A DNA stretch of 64,000 bases from an uncultured delta proteobacterium (GCA_963771465.1 CAVYTU010000015.1:544001-608000), one strand, 5' to 3'. Shown: positions 1 to 10,656, counted from the stretch's first letter. Notes: generated from the sequence alone by a model not told the origin. A program made the numbers and translations.

Positions 1-260
1 TAGGGAACAATTTTTTCGTCCGGCGGCGCCGGAGCCGAGCTCAAGCAACCGCTCACACCGGCAAGCGCCAACGACGCGCCCATCAACCGTAAAAAATCCC
101 GCCGGTCCATGACTTCGGACCACGCCGCCGCATGGCGCGGCGCCTCGCGACTGACCAACGCTTTGAACTCCGCGCTGTCGGCGAGCTCTTCCAGACAGCG
201 CCAATACTCCGGCCCGCGGGCGCCGGAAAGACGTTGGCGAATGGCATTCAGGTCGTCCAC
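1..260 (-). CDS. actB: Alternative complex III subunit ActB (TAT-variant molybdopterin-oxidoreductase-like), 5' part only, runs off the window
   Basis: Hand translation from GTG at 260 (GGGGAG RBS): MDDLNAIRQRLSGARGPEYWRCLEELADS...MDRRDFLRLMGASLALAGVSGC. YWRxLEEL leader plus twin-arginine motif, directly downstream of actA. Not in the ORF track. Confidence 0.85.
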   Translation of the reverse strand, partial: MDDLNAIRQRLSGARGPEYWRCLEELADSAEFKALVSREAPRHAAAWSEVMDRRDFLRLMGASLALAGVSGCLSSAPAPPDEKIVP

Positions 261-285
261 TTTGTCACTCCCCTGTGTTGCCCAC

Positions 286-936
286 TTAGCGATGGCAGGT
301 CGAACAGCTCGTCAGTTTTCGGATTTGGTATTCCTTAACCAATTTCGCTCCCAGAGCGCTTTGATCTATCGGCGGCTGATACGCCATGTTGAAAACCTCG
401 TGGCGCGGACGCACGAAGCGTTCCGGCGCACGATGACAGTCGAGACACCAATCCATGTAGAGAGTGTTTTCCCGCCACGTCAGCGGCATCCGGTCGACCC
501 GACCGTGACAGGTCGAACATCCGACTCCCTTGTGAATGTGAATACTGTGATCGAAATAGACGAAACCGGGGAGATTATGCACGCGCGTCCATTGAATCGA
601 CTGATCCGTGCGAAAACTTTCGCGCACCGGCTCAAGCACGGGACTGTCGGACCAGATCTGCGTATGGCAATTCATGCAGGTCTTGGTCGGCGGGATGCCC
701 GCGAAAGAACTTTCTTCCACCGAAGTATGGCAGTAGCGGCAATCGATGCCGGCCTCGCCGACGTGATGTTTGTGGCTGAACGGGACAGGTTGACTGCGCG
801 CGACGCCGACGTCGGTAATATAAGGCGACTCGTTGATCGTCGCGAGCGCCGCCACAAATGAGATGACGAGGATGGCGCCACCGAAGATGGTGACCCTAGA
901 GATCGTGTTCGTGCTGCGATGAAAAATCTGAGCCAT
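286..936 (-). CDS. actA: Alternative complex III pentaheme cytochrome c ActA
   Basis: Start MAQIFHRS, N-terminal TM helix, QPVPFSHKHH, five CxxCH motifs (CRYCH, CMNCH, CSTCH, CLDCH, CSTCH). Confidence 0.9.
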   Translation of the reverse strand: MAQIFHRSTNTISRVTIFGGAILVISFVAALATINESPYITDVGVARSQPVPFSHKHHVGEAGIDCRYCHTSVEESSFAGIPPTKTCMNCHTQIWSDSPVLEPVRESFRTDQSIQWTRVHNLPGFVYFDHSIHIHKGVGCSTCHGRVDRMPLTWRENTLYMDWCLDCHRAPERFVRPRHEVFNMAYQPPIDQSALGAKLVKEYQIRKLTSCSTCHR

Positions 937-1070
937 CAGACCTATGACCCAATGAAGCGGTGCGACCGCGCTATTCCGGATTACTTTTCGTCGAACCGAT
1001 GTAAGCCGACTCGATGACACACACCGGCGCAAAGATTTCGCTTAGCTGCTTACCACGTCGCGACTCAACC

Positions 1071-1085
1071 GCAAAAAATAGGCCA
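1071..1085 (-). promoter_or_regulatory. Putative sigma54 -24/-12 promoter for actA
   Basis: Minus strand TGGCCTATTTTTTGC, GG-N10-GC spacing. Confidence 0.5.
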
Positions 1086-1437
1086 ATATTGCCATGCTAA
1101 AGGTACCTGGTTGCGAGCGAACTAATGAAGGTTACTTGGAGGGAATTCCCGTACGCGCTGGAAGAAATCGACTACCATCGCACAACCGTTACAATACGCA
1201 AATATCAAACATACGATCCCCGCCGGTCGCGCGTGCAGGCTCTATCGTGATTCTGCGAATGTTGATGCGCCGCCTGCGATCATCGCATCCTCAAGGGACA
1301 CGAGCCGGTCAACATCAGATTATTGAAACTCTAACGGAAGAATAATTTGTCCGGACTATGAGAATTTCTGCGCTCCCGCGACTAGTCATAATTTTTAATA
1401 TCGCGATTTTACACAAGTCCCTGGTCAAGTGGGTCAC

Positions 1438-1452
1438 TGGCATATCCGTTGC
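1438..1452 (+). promoter_or_regulatory. Putative sigma54 promoter for CBS-ku-ligD
   Basis: TGGCATATCCGTTGC, GG-N10-GC. Confidence 0.7.
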
Positions 1453-1557
1453 TTTATATTTTTTATTGATTGGCACATGCCAAAGGTTTACCGGACCCCT
1501 TGCAAGCGTGACTGGCGGAATTAATTTAACACACTATTTTTTTAAGGAGGGCCGAAC

Positions 1558-1989
1558 ATGGATCTGCGAGATGTGATGACCCGTAACGTTGAAGTTGTTA
1601 GCGGCAGCGCTTCGTTACAGGACGCCGCGATCAAGATGAAAAATCTGGATGTTGGTTTAATACCGGTATGCGACGGCGATCGGCTCAAAGGTCTCCTAAC
1701 GGACCGTGATATTACCATCAGAGCCACGGCTCATGGACGCAACCCGAAAGAAACTAAGGTCACTGAAGTGATGTCGACCGACATCGCCTATTGCTTGGAA
1801 GATCAAGAAGTCGAAGAAGCGGTTAGCCTCATGGAAGCGCGGCAAATTCGCCGACTGCCGATCCTGAACCACGACAAGCGATTAGTCGGCATTGTCAGTC
1901 TAGCCGATATCGCAATTCATGTCGGCGACCGCGATCTGTCAGGGGAAACTTTGGAGGAGATCTCGGCGCCGGCGGAGCCGAAGCGCTAG
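1558..1989 (+). CDS. CBS domain-pair protein
   Basis: Two CBS repeats (VGLIPVCDGDRLKGLLTDRDI; IRRLPILNHDKRLVGIVSLADI); AAGGAGG RBS. Confidence 0.9.
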   Translation: MDLRDVMTRNVEVVSGSASLQDAAIKMKNLDVGLIPVCDGDRLKGLLTDRDITIRATAHGRNPKETKVTEVMSTDIAYCLEDQEVEEAVSLMEARQIRRLPILNHDKRLVGIVSLADIAIHVGDRDLSGETLEEISAPAEPKR

Positions 1990-2168
1990 GTCAACTTGAT
2001 ATGGCTCGACGACCACGGACTAGACGAAAACGGCAATCTCAGGGAGCGCCAGCAGACCGAGATTTGCGAGGGCAAGCGGTGAAAGTAAGACCTCGGCGGG
2101 ACTCCACTTGCACGACTAAAAACGCAAAACCCCGAACCGGAGGTCCGGACGGATTGGTGAGATTAAGT

Positions 2169-3059
2169 ATGGCGCGTAAAATGCGACGAAGGCGATCCTC
2201 GAAAGCGCGAAAAGAGCGCGTCACATCGCGAGCGATCTGGAAGGGTAGTATCGATTTTGGACTAGTCAATATTCCTGTTCGGCTATATTCTGCCGAGTCC
2301 CCTGGGCGAGTGAATTTCGATTTGCTCGATAAGCGAGACTTCGCTCGAATCCGTTATCAACGGGTCAATGAAAAAACTGGACGCGAAGTGCCCTGGGAGC
2401 AAGTCATTAAGGGGTATGAATACAATACGGATGAATATGTTGCCCTTTCCGACGAAGATTTCGCCCGGGCCAATGTCGAAGCAACGCAAACCATCGCGAT
2501 AACCGACTTTGTCGATGCTCATGATGTAAGCCCGGTTTATTACGATAAGCCTTATTTTTTGGAGTCTCCTAAGAGTGGTTTTCGGGCCTACGCCTTGTTG
2601 CGGGAGGTACTGAAAAAAACTGGCAAAGTCGGCATCGCCAAGGTTGTCATTCGGACGCGCCAGCACTTGGCGATGCTATTTGCAGACGGTCCAAGGTTGA
2701 TTTTAAATTTATTGCGATTTCCAAACGAACTGCGCGATGCCTCCGGTCTAGAGATACCTAAGAGCAGCGCGAAAAACGCCGCGGTCTCAACCCAGGAAAT
2801 GAAAATGGCTGAACGGTTGGTCGAGACTATGGTCAGCGAATGGAAACCGGAAAAATATCATGATGAGTATCATGATGACCTGATGAAAATCATCGCCAAG
2901 AAAATCAAAGCGGGCAAAACCAAAGTCATCGAAACAACCAACACCGCGGCAAAGGCGCCGGAGCGCGGTAAGGTCATCGACATCATGCACCTGTTGCGCC
3001 AGAGCATGAAGCAGGCTGACAAAAAATCCGAACGCTCGCACCAGCGTAAAGCGAGCTAG
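2169..3059 (+). CDS. ku: NHEJ DNA end-binding protein Ku (start uncertain)
   Basis: RAIWKGSIDFGLVNIPVRLYSA, KGYEY, YYDKPYFL, KVIDIMHLLRQS; adjacent to ligD. Confidence 0.95.
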   Translation: MARKMRRRRSSKARKERVTSRAIWKGSIDFGLVNIPVRLYSAESPGRVNFDLLDKRDFARIRYQRVNEKTGREVPWEQVIKGYEYNTDEYVALSDEDFARANVEATQTIAITDFVDAHDVSPVYYDKPYFLESPKSGFRAYALLREVLKKTGKVGIAKVVIRTRQHLAMLFADGPRLILNLLRFPNELRDASGLEIPKSSAKNAAVSTQEMKMAERLVETMVSEWKPEKYHDEYHDDLMKIIAKKIKAGKTKVIETTNTAAKAPERGKVIDIMHLLRQSMKQADKKSERSHQRKAS

Positions 3060-3082
3060 AAGCTTGCCCAACTGTCCCAATC

Positions 3083-5614
3083 ATGGAACTGGACACCTAT
3101 CGTCGAAAGCGGAATTTTCAGAAAACTCCCGAACCCTCCGGAAAAAAACGCTCGCGCGGCGCCAAACAATTGTCTTTCGTTGTGCAGAAACATGCGGCAA
3201 GTCAGCTGCACTATGATTTTCGCCTCGAGATCGACGGCGTTTTGGCAAGCTGGGCGATTCCCAAAGGACCCAGCCTCGATCCCGCCCAGCGCCGCCTCGC
3301 TGTTCATGTAGAGGATCACCCGCTCGAATATGGAAAATTCGAAGGGAAGATTCCGAAAGGTCACTACGGCGCTGGCGAGGTCAAAATTTGGGATCGCGGC
3401 GTGTGGATCCCGCAGGACAATCCGCGTACGGCCTTGCGCCAAGGGAAACTCAAATTTCACTTGCAAGGGACGAAACTTTCCGGAGGGTGGAACTTAATTC
3501 GCATGCATGGAAGGTCCGCGAAGGAGGATAAGGACAATTGGCTGTTGATCAAAGAACGCGATGAATCCGCCTCGGCGGCTTTGGTCAATATCGATAGCGC
3601 GGGAAAACAGAGTCAGCAAACTCACTATCGCCGCCGGCGCGTTTCACGCCGTGAAAATGGCGTGAAAACCGCTTCGCCGCGTCGGCTAAAGAAACCCGAG
3701 CTGCCGCCGTTTCTCCGGCCACAATTGGCTACCCTGGTGGACGCCGTTCCACAGGGGGATGAGTGGCTGCATGAGATTAAATTCGATGGGTATCGGGTGC
3801 TGTGCCGAATCCAAAACCGCCGCGCGGCTTTTCTGACGCGCGCAGGCAACGACTGGACCGATCGTTTTGATTTCTTGACCGAAGCCGCTCTAACGCTGCC
3901 CGTCCGCGAGGCGATATTGGACGGCGAGGTGGTGGCGTTGCGCGACGACGGGTCGACGGATTTTCAATTGCTGCAGAATTCTCTAAAAGGCGAGACCGGT
4001 GCAGATCTAGTTTATTTCGTTTTCGATTTGCTCCATCTCGACGGACGCAGCTTGCTGGATGAGCCGTTGGTTGCTCGTAAAGAGATGCTCGAAAAATTGC
4101 TCAAGGCAAATCAGGATAGTAAAAATCGCGATTTGATTCGCTACAGTGCGCACTCCGTCGGCGGCGGCGAGCGGTTATTTAAACAAGCTTGCGAACGGTC
4201 GCTGGAAGGAATCATTTCAAAAAGAGGAGACCAAGCGTATCGTTCAGGTCGAAGTCTCAGTTGGCTCAAAATCAAGTGCACTCAGTCACAGGAATTTGTG
4301 ATTATCGGGTTTACCGATCCCCGCGGGTCGAGAACCGCATTTGGCGCGCTGCTGCTGGGGGTCTACGACGAAGGCGAGACTTTGCGTTATGCCGGCCGGG
4401 TCGGCACTGGATTTACCGACCGAACTTTGGACGAACTGTATCCACGTTTGATGAAGCTATGCCAAGCGCGCTCGCCGCTAAACCAACCGCTGACCGGAAC
4501 GAGTTCCAAGGGCGTTCACTGGATCAAGCCGAAGCTAGTCGGAGAAGTTGCTTTCACCGGTTGGACCGAGGATGGGCTACTGCGCCATCCGTCTTTTCAG
4601 GGGTTGCGCGAAGACAAACCAGCGCGCCGAATCAGCCGCGAAAGGACCCAATCGGTCAAAGTCGCTGCGAGCGCGGCAGCTTCGTCCGCTGACAATTCAC
4701 GACCGAAGTCAGATGCCAAAGGCATCCAGATCGCCGGCATCACGCTGACTCATCCCGATCGTGTGCTTTATCCTGAACAGGGAATTACCAAGCGCGAGTT
4801 GGCCGAATATTATGCGCAGATCGCCGACCGGATCTTGCCGCACGTGAGCGGTCGGGCACTGACTCTAGTGCGTTGTCCGGAAGGACAACAAGGGCAATGC
4901 TTTTTTCAGAGAAATGCCGAAGGCGCCATTTCTCCCGCGATTCGGCGATTGCCTTTGCATGATGGAAAATCGGTGAAAAACGCGCTGATGATCGACTCCA
5001 TTGACGGGCTAATCGCTCTCGTGCAAATGGGTGTTCTGGAAATTCATACCTGGGGTTCGACGGCGAAAAAAATCGACCAGCCTGACCGGCTCACTTTCGA
5101 TCTCGACCCTGGGCCAAAGCTGTCATGGCAGGTCGTACGCCAAGCGGCCTACGAGTTCCGGGCGCATCTTGGAGAATTGGGCTTGCACGGTTTTGTCAAA
5201 ACCACCGGCGGCAAAGGACTGCATATCGTCGTACCGATCGCGCCGACACTCGACTGGGATCGCGCCAAAGCATTTTCCAAAGCGATCGCTGAGCGCATGG
5301 TTGCCGCGGCGCCGGAGCGTTACGTCGCGACGATGTCCAAAGCTAAACGCGTTGGCAAAATTTATATCGACTACCTGCGCAACGCACGCAGCGCCACGGC
5401 GATCTGCGCATACTCGACTCGAGCTCGCCCAGGTGCGCCGGTGGCGTTGCCGCTGCGCTGGGACGAGCTCAAGACTGATCCGCGCGACGACCATTTCAAT
5501 ATTCGCAATGTGGCGGCGCGACTGCGCCGGTCGCGCAGCGATCCGTGGGAGGATTTCGAATCCGCGCGCGAACCGATCAATGCGGCCAAGCTAAGACTCT
5601 TGGGGGTAAAATAA
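3083..5614 (+). CDS. ligD: DNA ligase D (phosphoesterase-ligase-polymerase)
   Basis: FVVQKHAASQLHYDFRLE (PE domain), EIKFDGYR and EGIISK (ligase), LTHPDRVLYP / FDLDP / KTTGGKGLH (polymerase). Confidence 0.97.
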   Translation: MELDTYRRKRNFQKTPEPSGKKRSRGAKQLSFVVQKHAASQLHYDFRLEIDGVLASWAIPKGPSLDPAQRRLAVHVEDHPLEYGKFEGKIPKGHYGAGEVKIWDRGVWIPQDNPRTALRQGKLKFHLQGTKLSGGWNLIRMHGRSAKEDKDNWLLIKERDESASAALVNIDSAGKQSQQTHYRRRRVSRRENGVKTASPRRLKKPELPPFLRPQLATLVDAVPQGDEWLHEIKFDGYRVLCRIQNRRAAFLTRAGNDWTDRFDFLTEAALTLPVREAILDGEVVALRDDGSTDFQLLQNSLKGETGADLVYFVFDLLHLDGRSLLDEPLVARKEMLEKLLKANQDSKNRDLIRYSAHSVGGGERLFKQACERSLEGIISKRGDQAYRSGRSLSWLKIKCTQSQEFVIIGFTDPRGSRTAFGALLLGVYDEGETLRYAGRVGTGFTDRTLDELYPRLMKLCQARSPLNQPLTGTSSKGVHWIKPKLVGEVAFTGWTEDGLLRHPSFQGLREDKPARRISRERTQSVKVAASAAASSADNSRPKSDAKGIQIAGITLTHPDRVLYPEQGITKRELAEYYAQIADRILPHVSGRALTLVRCPEGQQGQCFFQRNAEGAISPAIRRLPLHDGKSVKNALMIDSIDGLIALVQMGVLEIHTWGSTAKKIDQPDRLTFDLDPGPKLSWQVVRQAAYEFRAHLGELGLHGFVKTTGGKGLHIVVPIAPTLDWDRAKAFSKAIAERMVAAAPERYVATMSKAKRVGKIYIDYLRNARSATAICAYSTRARPGAPVALPLRWDELKTDPRDDHFNIRNVAARLRRSRSDPWEDFESAREPINAAKLRLLGVK

Positions 5615-5775
5615 AATCTGCCTTGATTGTTTGGCCGCGGTGCCAATTTCGATCGTCTGAAAAAAGGCATTTCTCCTGAGTCCTTTCCCGCCGCTTGTCG
5701 CAAAAATTCCTACGGCTTGAATGACTTCATCTTTCGGCGCTGGGATTACTGTCCGAAATTATTGAGTTTTAGTAG

Positions 5776-5790
5776 TGGCATAGGGTTTGC
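5776..5790 (+). promoter_or_regulatory. Putative sigma54 promoter
   Basis: TGGCATAGGGTTTGC, GG-N10-GC, ~76 bp upstream of 5867. Confidence 0.7.
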
Positions 5791-5866
5791 GTTTTTTGCA
5801 ATCAATCATTCATCAACTACCCAGTGATGAACGGTTTTTTTCACCTAACGTAGCGAGGAAATCATT

Positions 5867-6661
5867 ATGCAAACTGTCACCGGCATTTTTACTTCCTTCG
5901 AGCAGGCCCGGCGTAGCGCGCAGGAGCTTAGTGCGCAGGGATTTTCCGATGATCAAATCAATTTACTTGCCCCGGGTTCATCAGTCGCAGATATCGAGAC
6001 GATTCCATCTACCGAAGGCGAGCAGCCGGGAATGGGCAAGGCTGTTGGAGGTGTCGTCGGTGCCGCGGTTGGGACCGCCGCCGGCGTGCCGCTTGGCATG
6101 TCGATCGCGGCCGCGGTCGTTCCTGGAGTTGGACCCGCCGTTGCGATCGGTTTGGCGGCAGCGACTCTATTGGGTATCGGCGGGGCCATCGGCGGCGGCG
6201 CCGCCGGCGGCAGCTTGGAAAGCGCGCTTACCGACGGATTGCCGAAGGATGAGATCTTCGTTTATGAAGATGCTTTACGTCAGGGACGGACCGTCATGCT
6301 CGCGTTGGCCAATGATGACGATCAAACCGAAAGCGCTCGGCGAATCTTGCAGCGCAACGGCGCGGAAAGTATCGATGCCGCACGGGAGCAGTGGTGGATC
6401 GGCATGCGCGACGCAGAGAAAGAGCATTACACCAGCCAGGGACAAGACTTCGCGCAGGATGAAAACGAATATCGTCTCGGATTCGAGTCCGCGCTTCGCT
6501 CCCAAACGCGCGGTATTTCCTATGACGAAGCTAAAAGCTATCTGAAAAATAGCTATCCAAATATTTATCAGAAAGAGGCATTTCGTTGCGGTTACGAACG
6601 TGGACAAGTCTATCGCCGCAGTCTGACTGTCGAGCCCGTCGACCATCCAAGAAATAATTAG
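5867..6661 (+). CDS. General-stress-type membrane protein with glycine zipper
   Basis: TVTGIF...A..L...GF...INLL N-terminus, Gly/Ala-rich TM hairpin (VPGVGPAVAIG), YEDALRQG motif. Confidence 0.7.
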   Translation: MQTVTGIFTSFEQARRSAQELSAQGFSDDQINLLAPGSSVADIETIPSTEGEQPGMGKAVGGVVGAAVGTAAGVPLGMSIAAAVVPGVGPAVAIGLAAATLLGIGGAIGGGAAGGSLESALTDGLPKDEIFVYEDALRQGRTVMLALANDDDQTESARRILQRNGAESIDAAREQWWIGMRDAEKEHYTSQGQDFAQDENEYRLGFESALRSQTRGISYDEAKSYLKNSYPNIYQKEAFRCGYERGQVYRRSLTVEPVDHPRNN

Positions 6662-6664
6662 ACC

Positions 6665-8413
6665 ATGGCCAATACAGCTGCGGATATTCTTCTTGATACC
6701 ATTCACGACTGGGGTGTGGAGGTCATCTTCGGCCTCCCGGGTGACGGTATCAATGGCATCATCGAAGGATTGCGCCAGCGCGAAAAACAGATTCGTTTCA
6801 TCCAGGTACGCCACGAAGAGTCAGCGGCCTTTATGGCCTGTGCCTATGCCAAATACACCGGCAAACTCGGCGTTTGTCTAGCCACGTCCGGACCCGGCGG
6901 TATTCATCTCTTGAACGGTCTGTACGATGCCAAGCTTGATGGCCAGCCCGTACTAGCGATCACCGGACATCATTTCCATGATTTGATCGATACCCATGCC
7001 CAACAGGACGTGAATCTCGACCGACTTTTTGCCGACGTTGCGGTTTATAACACCCGGATTATGGGTGCGAGCCACGTCGAAAACGTCGCCGACCTTGCCT
7101 GTCGGACCGCCCTGAGCTACCGCGGTGTAGCGCACATTAACTTTCCGGTGGATTTACAAGAACAGACCGGTGGCGAACGTTCCAAAAGAAACATCCCGGC
7201 ACATACGTCGCATGCTCAAGGCAGGCGCGCGCGCATTCCGCTAGAAGCGGACGTGCGTCGCGCCGCAGAAATCTTAAATGCTGGAAAGCGCGTCGCAATC
7301 CTGTGCGGCCAAGGCGCCTTGCAAGCCACCGCACAACTGGAGGAGGTTGCGTCGCTACTCGGCGCGCCCATAATCAAAGCGTTGCTTGGCAAAGCAGCTG
7401 TGCCGGACGATAGTCCATATACCACCGGGGCCATCGGCTTGCTGGGCACCAAACCTTCGCAGGAGGCTTTGGAGGACTGCGACACGATTCTCATGGTTGG
7501 CACATCGTTCCCCTATATCGAGTTCTTACCCAAACCGGGCCAAGCGCGCGGGGTGCAGATCGATCTCGATCCGGCGCGGATCGGTTTGCGTTATCCGGTC
7601 GAAGTCGGTCTCGTCGGTGATAGCAGCGATACGCTCGCGGCGCTGTTACCGTCTCTCGAACGTAAAGAGGATCGCAGTTTTCTCGATCGAGCCCAGGCAG
7701 GAATGAAAAAATGGTGGAGTCTGATGGAAGAAGTGGGCACCCGAAAAGACAAACCCATGAAACCGCAGGTGGTCGCGTGGGAACTCGGCCGTCGCATCGC
7801 CGACGATGCCATCGTCTCCTGCGATTCCGGTACGATCGCCACTTGGTTCGCGCGCCAAATACCAGTCCGGCGCGGCCAGATGTATTCTCTATCCGGTACG
7901 CTGGCATCAATGGCCAATGGGCTCCCCTATGCGATCGCGGCCCAAGTCGCTTATCCCGAGCGTCAGTGCATCGCCTTTGTCGGCGACGGCGGTTTCTCGA
8001 TGCTGATGGCAGAGTTCGTCACGGCGGTCAAATACCAACTGCCGATCAAAGTGATCATCATCAAAAATAATAGTTTGGGGATGATCAAGTGGGAACAAAT
8101 GGTTTTCCTCGGCAATCCGGAGTTTGGTTGTGAGCTACAGCCGATTAACTTCGCCGCTTTCGCCCAAGCCTGTGGCGGCATCGGCATGACCATCGAGGAT
8201 CCGGAACAGTGCGGTTCTGTGATCGATCAAGCGCTTGCGGCCGAGGGACCGGTCATCGTCGAAGCGATAGTCGACCCATTTACGCCGCCCGCACCGGCGA
8301 AAATCACGATGGAACAAGCCGCTCATTTCGCTCAGTCCCTCGCGCGCGGCGAGCCTAATCGGAGCAAAATTGCCTGGACCGTTTTGTCCGACAAAGTGCG
8401 TGAGATTGTCTAA
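6665..8413 (+). CDS. TPP-dependent pyruvate oxidase/dehydrogenase (PoxB family)
   Basis: FGLPGDGIN, VRHEESAAFMA, TSGPGGIHLLNGLYDA, GDGG...NN TPP motif. Confidence 0.9.
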   Translation: MANTAADILLDTIHDWGVEVIFGLPGDGINGIIEGLRQREKQIRFIQVRHEESAAFMACAYAKYTGKLGVCLATSGPGGIHLLNGLYDAKLDGQPVLAITGHHFHDLIDTHAQQDVNLDRLFADVAVYNTRIMGASHVENVADLACRTALSYRGVAHINFPVDLQEQTGGERSKRNIPAHTSHAQGRRARIPLEADVRRAAEILNAGKRVAILCGQGALQATAQLEEVASLLGAPIIKALLGKAAVPDDSPYTTGAIGLLGTKPSQEALEDCDTILMVGTSFPYIEFLPKPGQARGVQIDLDPARIGLRYPVEVGLVGDSSDTLAALLPSLERKEDRSFLDRAQAGMKKWWSLMEEVGTRKDKPMKPQVVAWELGRRIADDAIVSCDSGTIATWFARQIPVRRGQMYSLSGTLASMANGLPYAIAAQVAYPERQCIAFVGDGGFSMLMAEFVTAVKYQLPIKVIIIKNNSLGMIKWEQMVFLGNPEFGCELQPINFAAFAQACGGIGMTIEDPEQCGSVIDQALAAEGPVIVEAIVDPFTPPAPAKITMEQAAHFAQSLARGEPNRSKIAWTVLSDKVREIV

Positions 8414-8640
8414 GCGGTCGAGCAATTCGTACTTCAACCCTGTGAATAGTCGGTAAACCATCAAGTCATCCACACTGCACGGGATAGGTCTGCGAAACTA
8501 TGAGCCAGCGATTGGCTTATCGGCCTTTTACCTTACGGCAATGATGAATGTTAGGAAAATTCTGCCGATAATTTCCTATAAATCCCATCTATTTTTCTTC
8601 ACAACAAACCTTTCAATAGAGTTTTTTTGCGATTTGCCAT

Positions 8641-8655
8641 TGGCACGTTCTTTGA
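8641..8655 (+). promoter_or_regulatory. Sigma54-like promoter, -12 variant
   Basis: TGGCACGTTCTTTGA: consensus -24 element, GA instead of GC at -12. Confidence 0.45.
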
Positions 8656-8686
8656 GAACGGTCCTAGTAGAAGGAGAATTACACTT

Positions 8687-9388
8687 ATGAAGCCGTTGAA
8701 ATCATGTTGGCGTTGGCATGCTCGGTCATTATCTTCAATCGCCCTAATCGCAGGTTTATTCGCATTGGCCAGCTGCGTAGCAATAGAAACAGAAACCGTA
8801 AGACCAACGTTGGATGAAGTGCGAATGGGCAATGTTCGAGGACCGGCAATTGAAGACACTGCTTTGCGACCGGGCGAGATCGCGGCCGATATAACCGAAG
8901 TGAACCGCTCGCGGCAGGAACTCTATCTGGTTACCGACAACGGCCAACGGCAAGTAGTGCCTTTTGATTACAAAATATCCAGAGTAATTTACCATGGCCG
9001 CGAGTATAACGTGGACCACCTTGAGGCGGGCGATCGCGTCGCGTATCTACCGACATCGCGTGGGCGTAGCTTCATCGACGTCATTCGAATTCAGGAACCG
9101 GTCCAAGCTCGTTCCGGCGCGCGCTTTGCGCGCTCGAATCCGCCGCCCCAGCCCAGAACCGACATCGTGGAAGGGACTGTGGATAGAGTTGACGCAAATC
9201 TTGGAGTCTTCGATGTGACGCCTCGAACCGGTCGAAGAGTTACCGTATCGGTTCCATACAATGCCCGTCAATCCGACGTCGAAAGTTTTCGAAGGCTGCG
9301 ACGGGGTGACGTGGTGCGAATCGAGGGTGAGTTTGTCAGTTCGGAAAATTTACAATTACTGGCGTTTCTATCGTCGCGTGATCGATAA
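8687..9388 (+). CDS. Hypothetical lipoprotein with two OB-like repeats
   Basis: AAGGAG RBS, lipobox LASC, repeated L(E/R)xGDxV motifs. Confidence 0.65.
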   Translation: MKPLKSCWRWHARSLSSIALIAGLFALASCVAIETETVRPTLDEVRMGNVRGPAIEDTALRPGEIAADITEVNRSRQELYLVTDNGQRQVVPFDYKISRVIYHGREYNVDHLEAGDRVAYLPTSRGRSFIDVIRIQEPVQARSGARFARSNPPPQPRTDIVEGTVDRVDANLGVFDVTPRTGRRVTVSVPYNARQSDVESFRRLRRGDVVRIEGEFVSSENLQLLAFLSSRDR

Positions 9389-9518
9389 AGTATTTAATCA
9401 ACGAATTCTTTCGAAAAGGCGTTCCTTTGGGAAAACCTTTTTCTAGATTGTCACGGCATGGATTTTCGGTTCTCTATTTTCTGCTAACTTGCTAACACTC
9501 GAAGTTGAGGAGGGCATT

Positions 9519-9809
9519 ATGAACACGGTTCGACTGATTTTCGTCAAGGTGGATCCAGCACAGGCTAAAGAAGCGGAAAAGATTTGGAAGCAGCACTGCG
9601 CGCCGTTGATGATCAAGGAACCGGGATGCGTCACGGAAAAGCTCTTACGCTGCACGGACGATCCAGGCGAATTCATCTCCTATTCGGAATGGCAGGACCA
9701 GCAAAGTATCGATAAATATCGCGCCGGCAAAGCCCACGAAGAGATTAAACGTCACTCGGACTCTCTCAAAAGCGGACGGCCAGTGGTTAAACGCTATGAC
9801 GTGGTTTGA
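9519..9809 (+). CDS. Antibiotic biosynthesis monooxygenase (ABM) family protein
   Basis: EPGC...F.SYSEW...H pattern; GAGGAGG RBS. Confidence 0.8.
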   Translation: MNTVRLIFVKVDPAQAKEAEKIWKQHCAPLMIKEPGCVTEKLLRCTDDPGEFISYSEWQDQQSIDKYRAGKAHEEIKRHSDSLKSGRPVVKRYDVV

Positions 9810-9860
9810 TTGAGTGAGCCGACCAGCGGTCTTTCTTCGGGTGGTGGTTACGCTTTTTAC

Positions 9861-10115
9861 ATGAAAGTCTTGATCGAAATGTCGCCAGAGCAATATGAAT
9901 TGTTCGTGGCAGAATGTGATATAAAGTCTCCCGAGTATTCAATTTTGAAAAACGCGATCGTGCCCCGGGAGGGCGATCCGGCTTACGACGGCCGTGCGAT
10001 TAGCCTCCTATGCGACAAAGACGAGGCGACCCAGCTGCTTCAAGCCGCCAGACGGTTGTATCCCGACGCCGCGGCCTCTATCGCCAAGGCTATAGATCAA
10101 GCGGGGGAGTCATGA
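9861..10115 (+). CDS. Small hypothetical protein (paralog of 13451-13693)
   Basis: 84-aa ORF that aligns by eye with the 13451 ORF. Confidence 0.6.
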   Translation: MKVLIEMSPEQYELFVAECDIKSPEYSILKNAIVPREGDPAYDGRAISLLCDKDEATQLLQAARRLYPDAAASIAKAIDQAGES

Positions 10116-10176
10116 CCATCGAATGCAGATGTCCAAAATTTCCTTGGGCATTCTGCCGCGGTCTCTCTTCACTGTA

Positions 10177-10572
10177 TTAATTGTCCTCGCGCTTCAAATC
10201 GACACCAAGCTTCGCGGCGGTCTTGTCGTCCAAAACTCCGGTTGCTGGCAAGTTGTTCTGTTTTTGGAACTTCGCCAACGCTTCCTGAGTGCTTTCATCC
10301 AATTTGCCATCATTTCCTGGGTTTAACCCTCGGGCCCGAAGCGCTTCCTGTGCGAGCTTAATATGGGTCGGCTTAATGACCATTTTTTCTTCGATGATCT
10401 CAGCCGGACGACTGGTCGGCGGAAGCGGCATTTCTTCCGGAAGACCGGGGTGCGGACGGGGAGTCATCGGTCCAGGAATGTCGCGCCCAATGTCGGGTTT
10501 GCTCTGTGCGCCCACTGGAACACTTGCGCCTAAAACCATAAAGATCAGAAATACTTGATCGCGCGTTTTCAT
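10177..10572 (-). CDS. Secreted Pro-rich peptidoglycan-binding domain protein
   Basis: Signal peptide, Pro-rich linker, AQEALRARGLNPG.DG...TQEALAKFQKQNNLPATGVLD (PG_binding_1). Confidence 0.8.
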   Translation of the reverse strand: MKTRDQVFLIFMVLGASVPVGAQSKPDIGRDIPGPMTPRPHPGLPEEMPLPPTSRPAEIIEEKMVIKPTHIKLAQEALRARGLNPGNDGKLDESTQEALAKFQKQNNLPATGVLDDKTAAKLGVDLKREDN

Positions 10573-10656
10573 ACTGTCTCCTTTCTTCCCCGCACTAATC
10601 GTCTGATTGATGCGGGGCCCTTCGATTGCTGAAGTACAATCCAGAATCACAACGGA

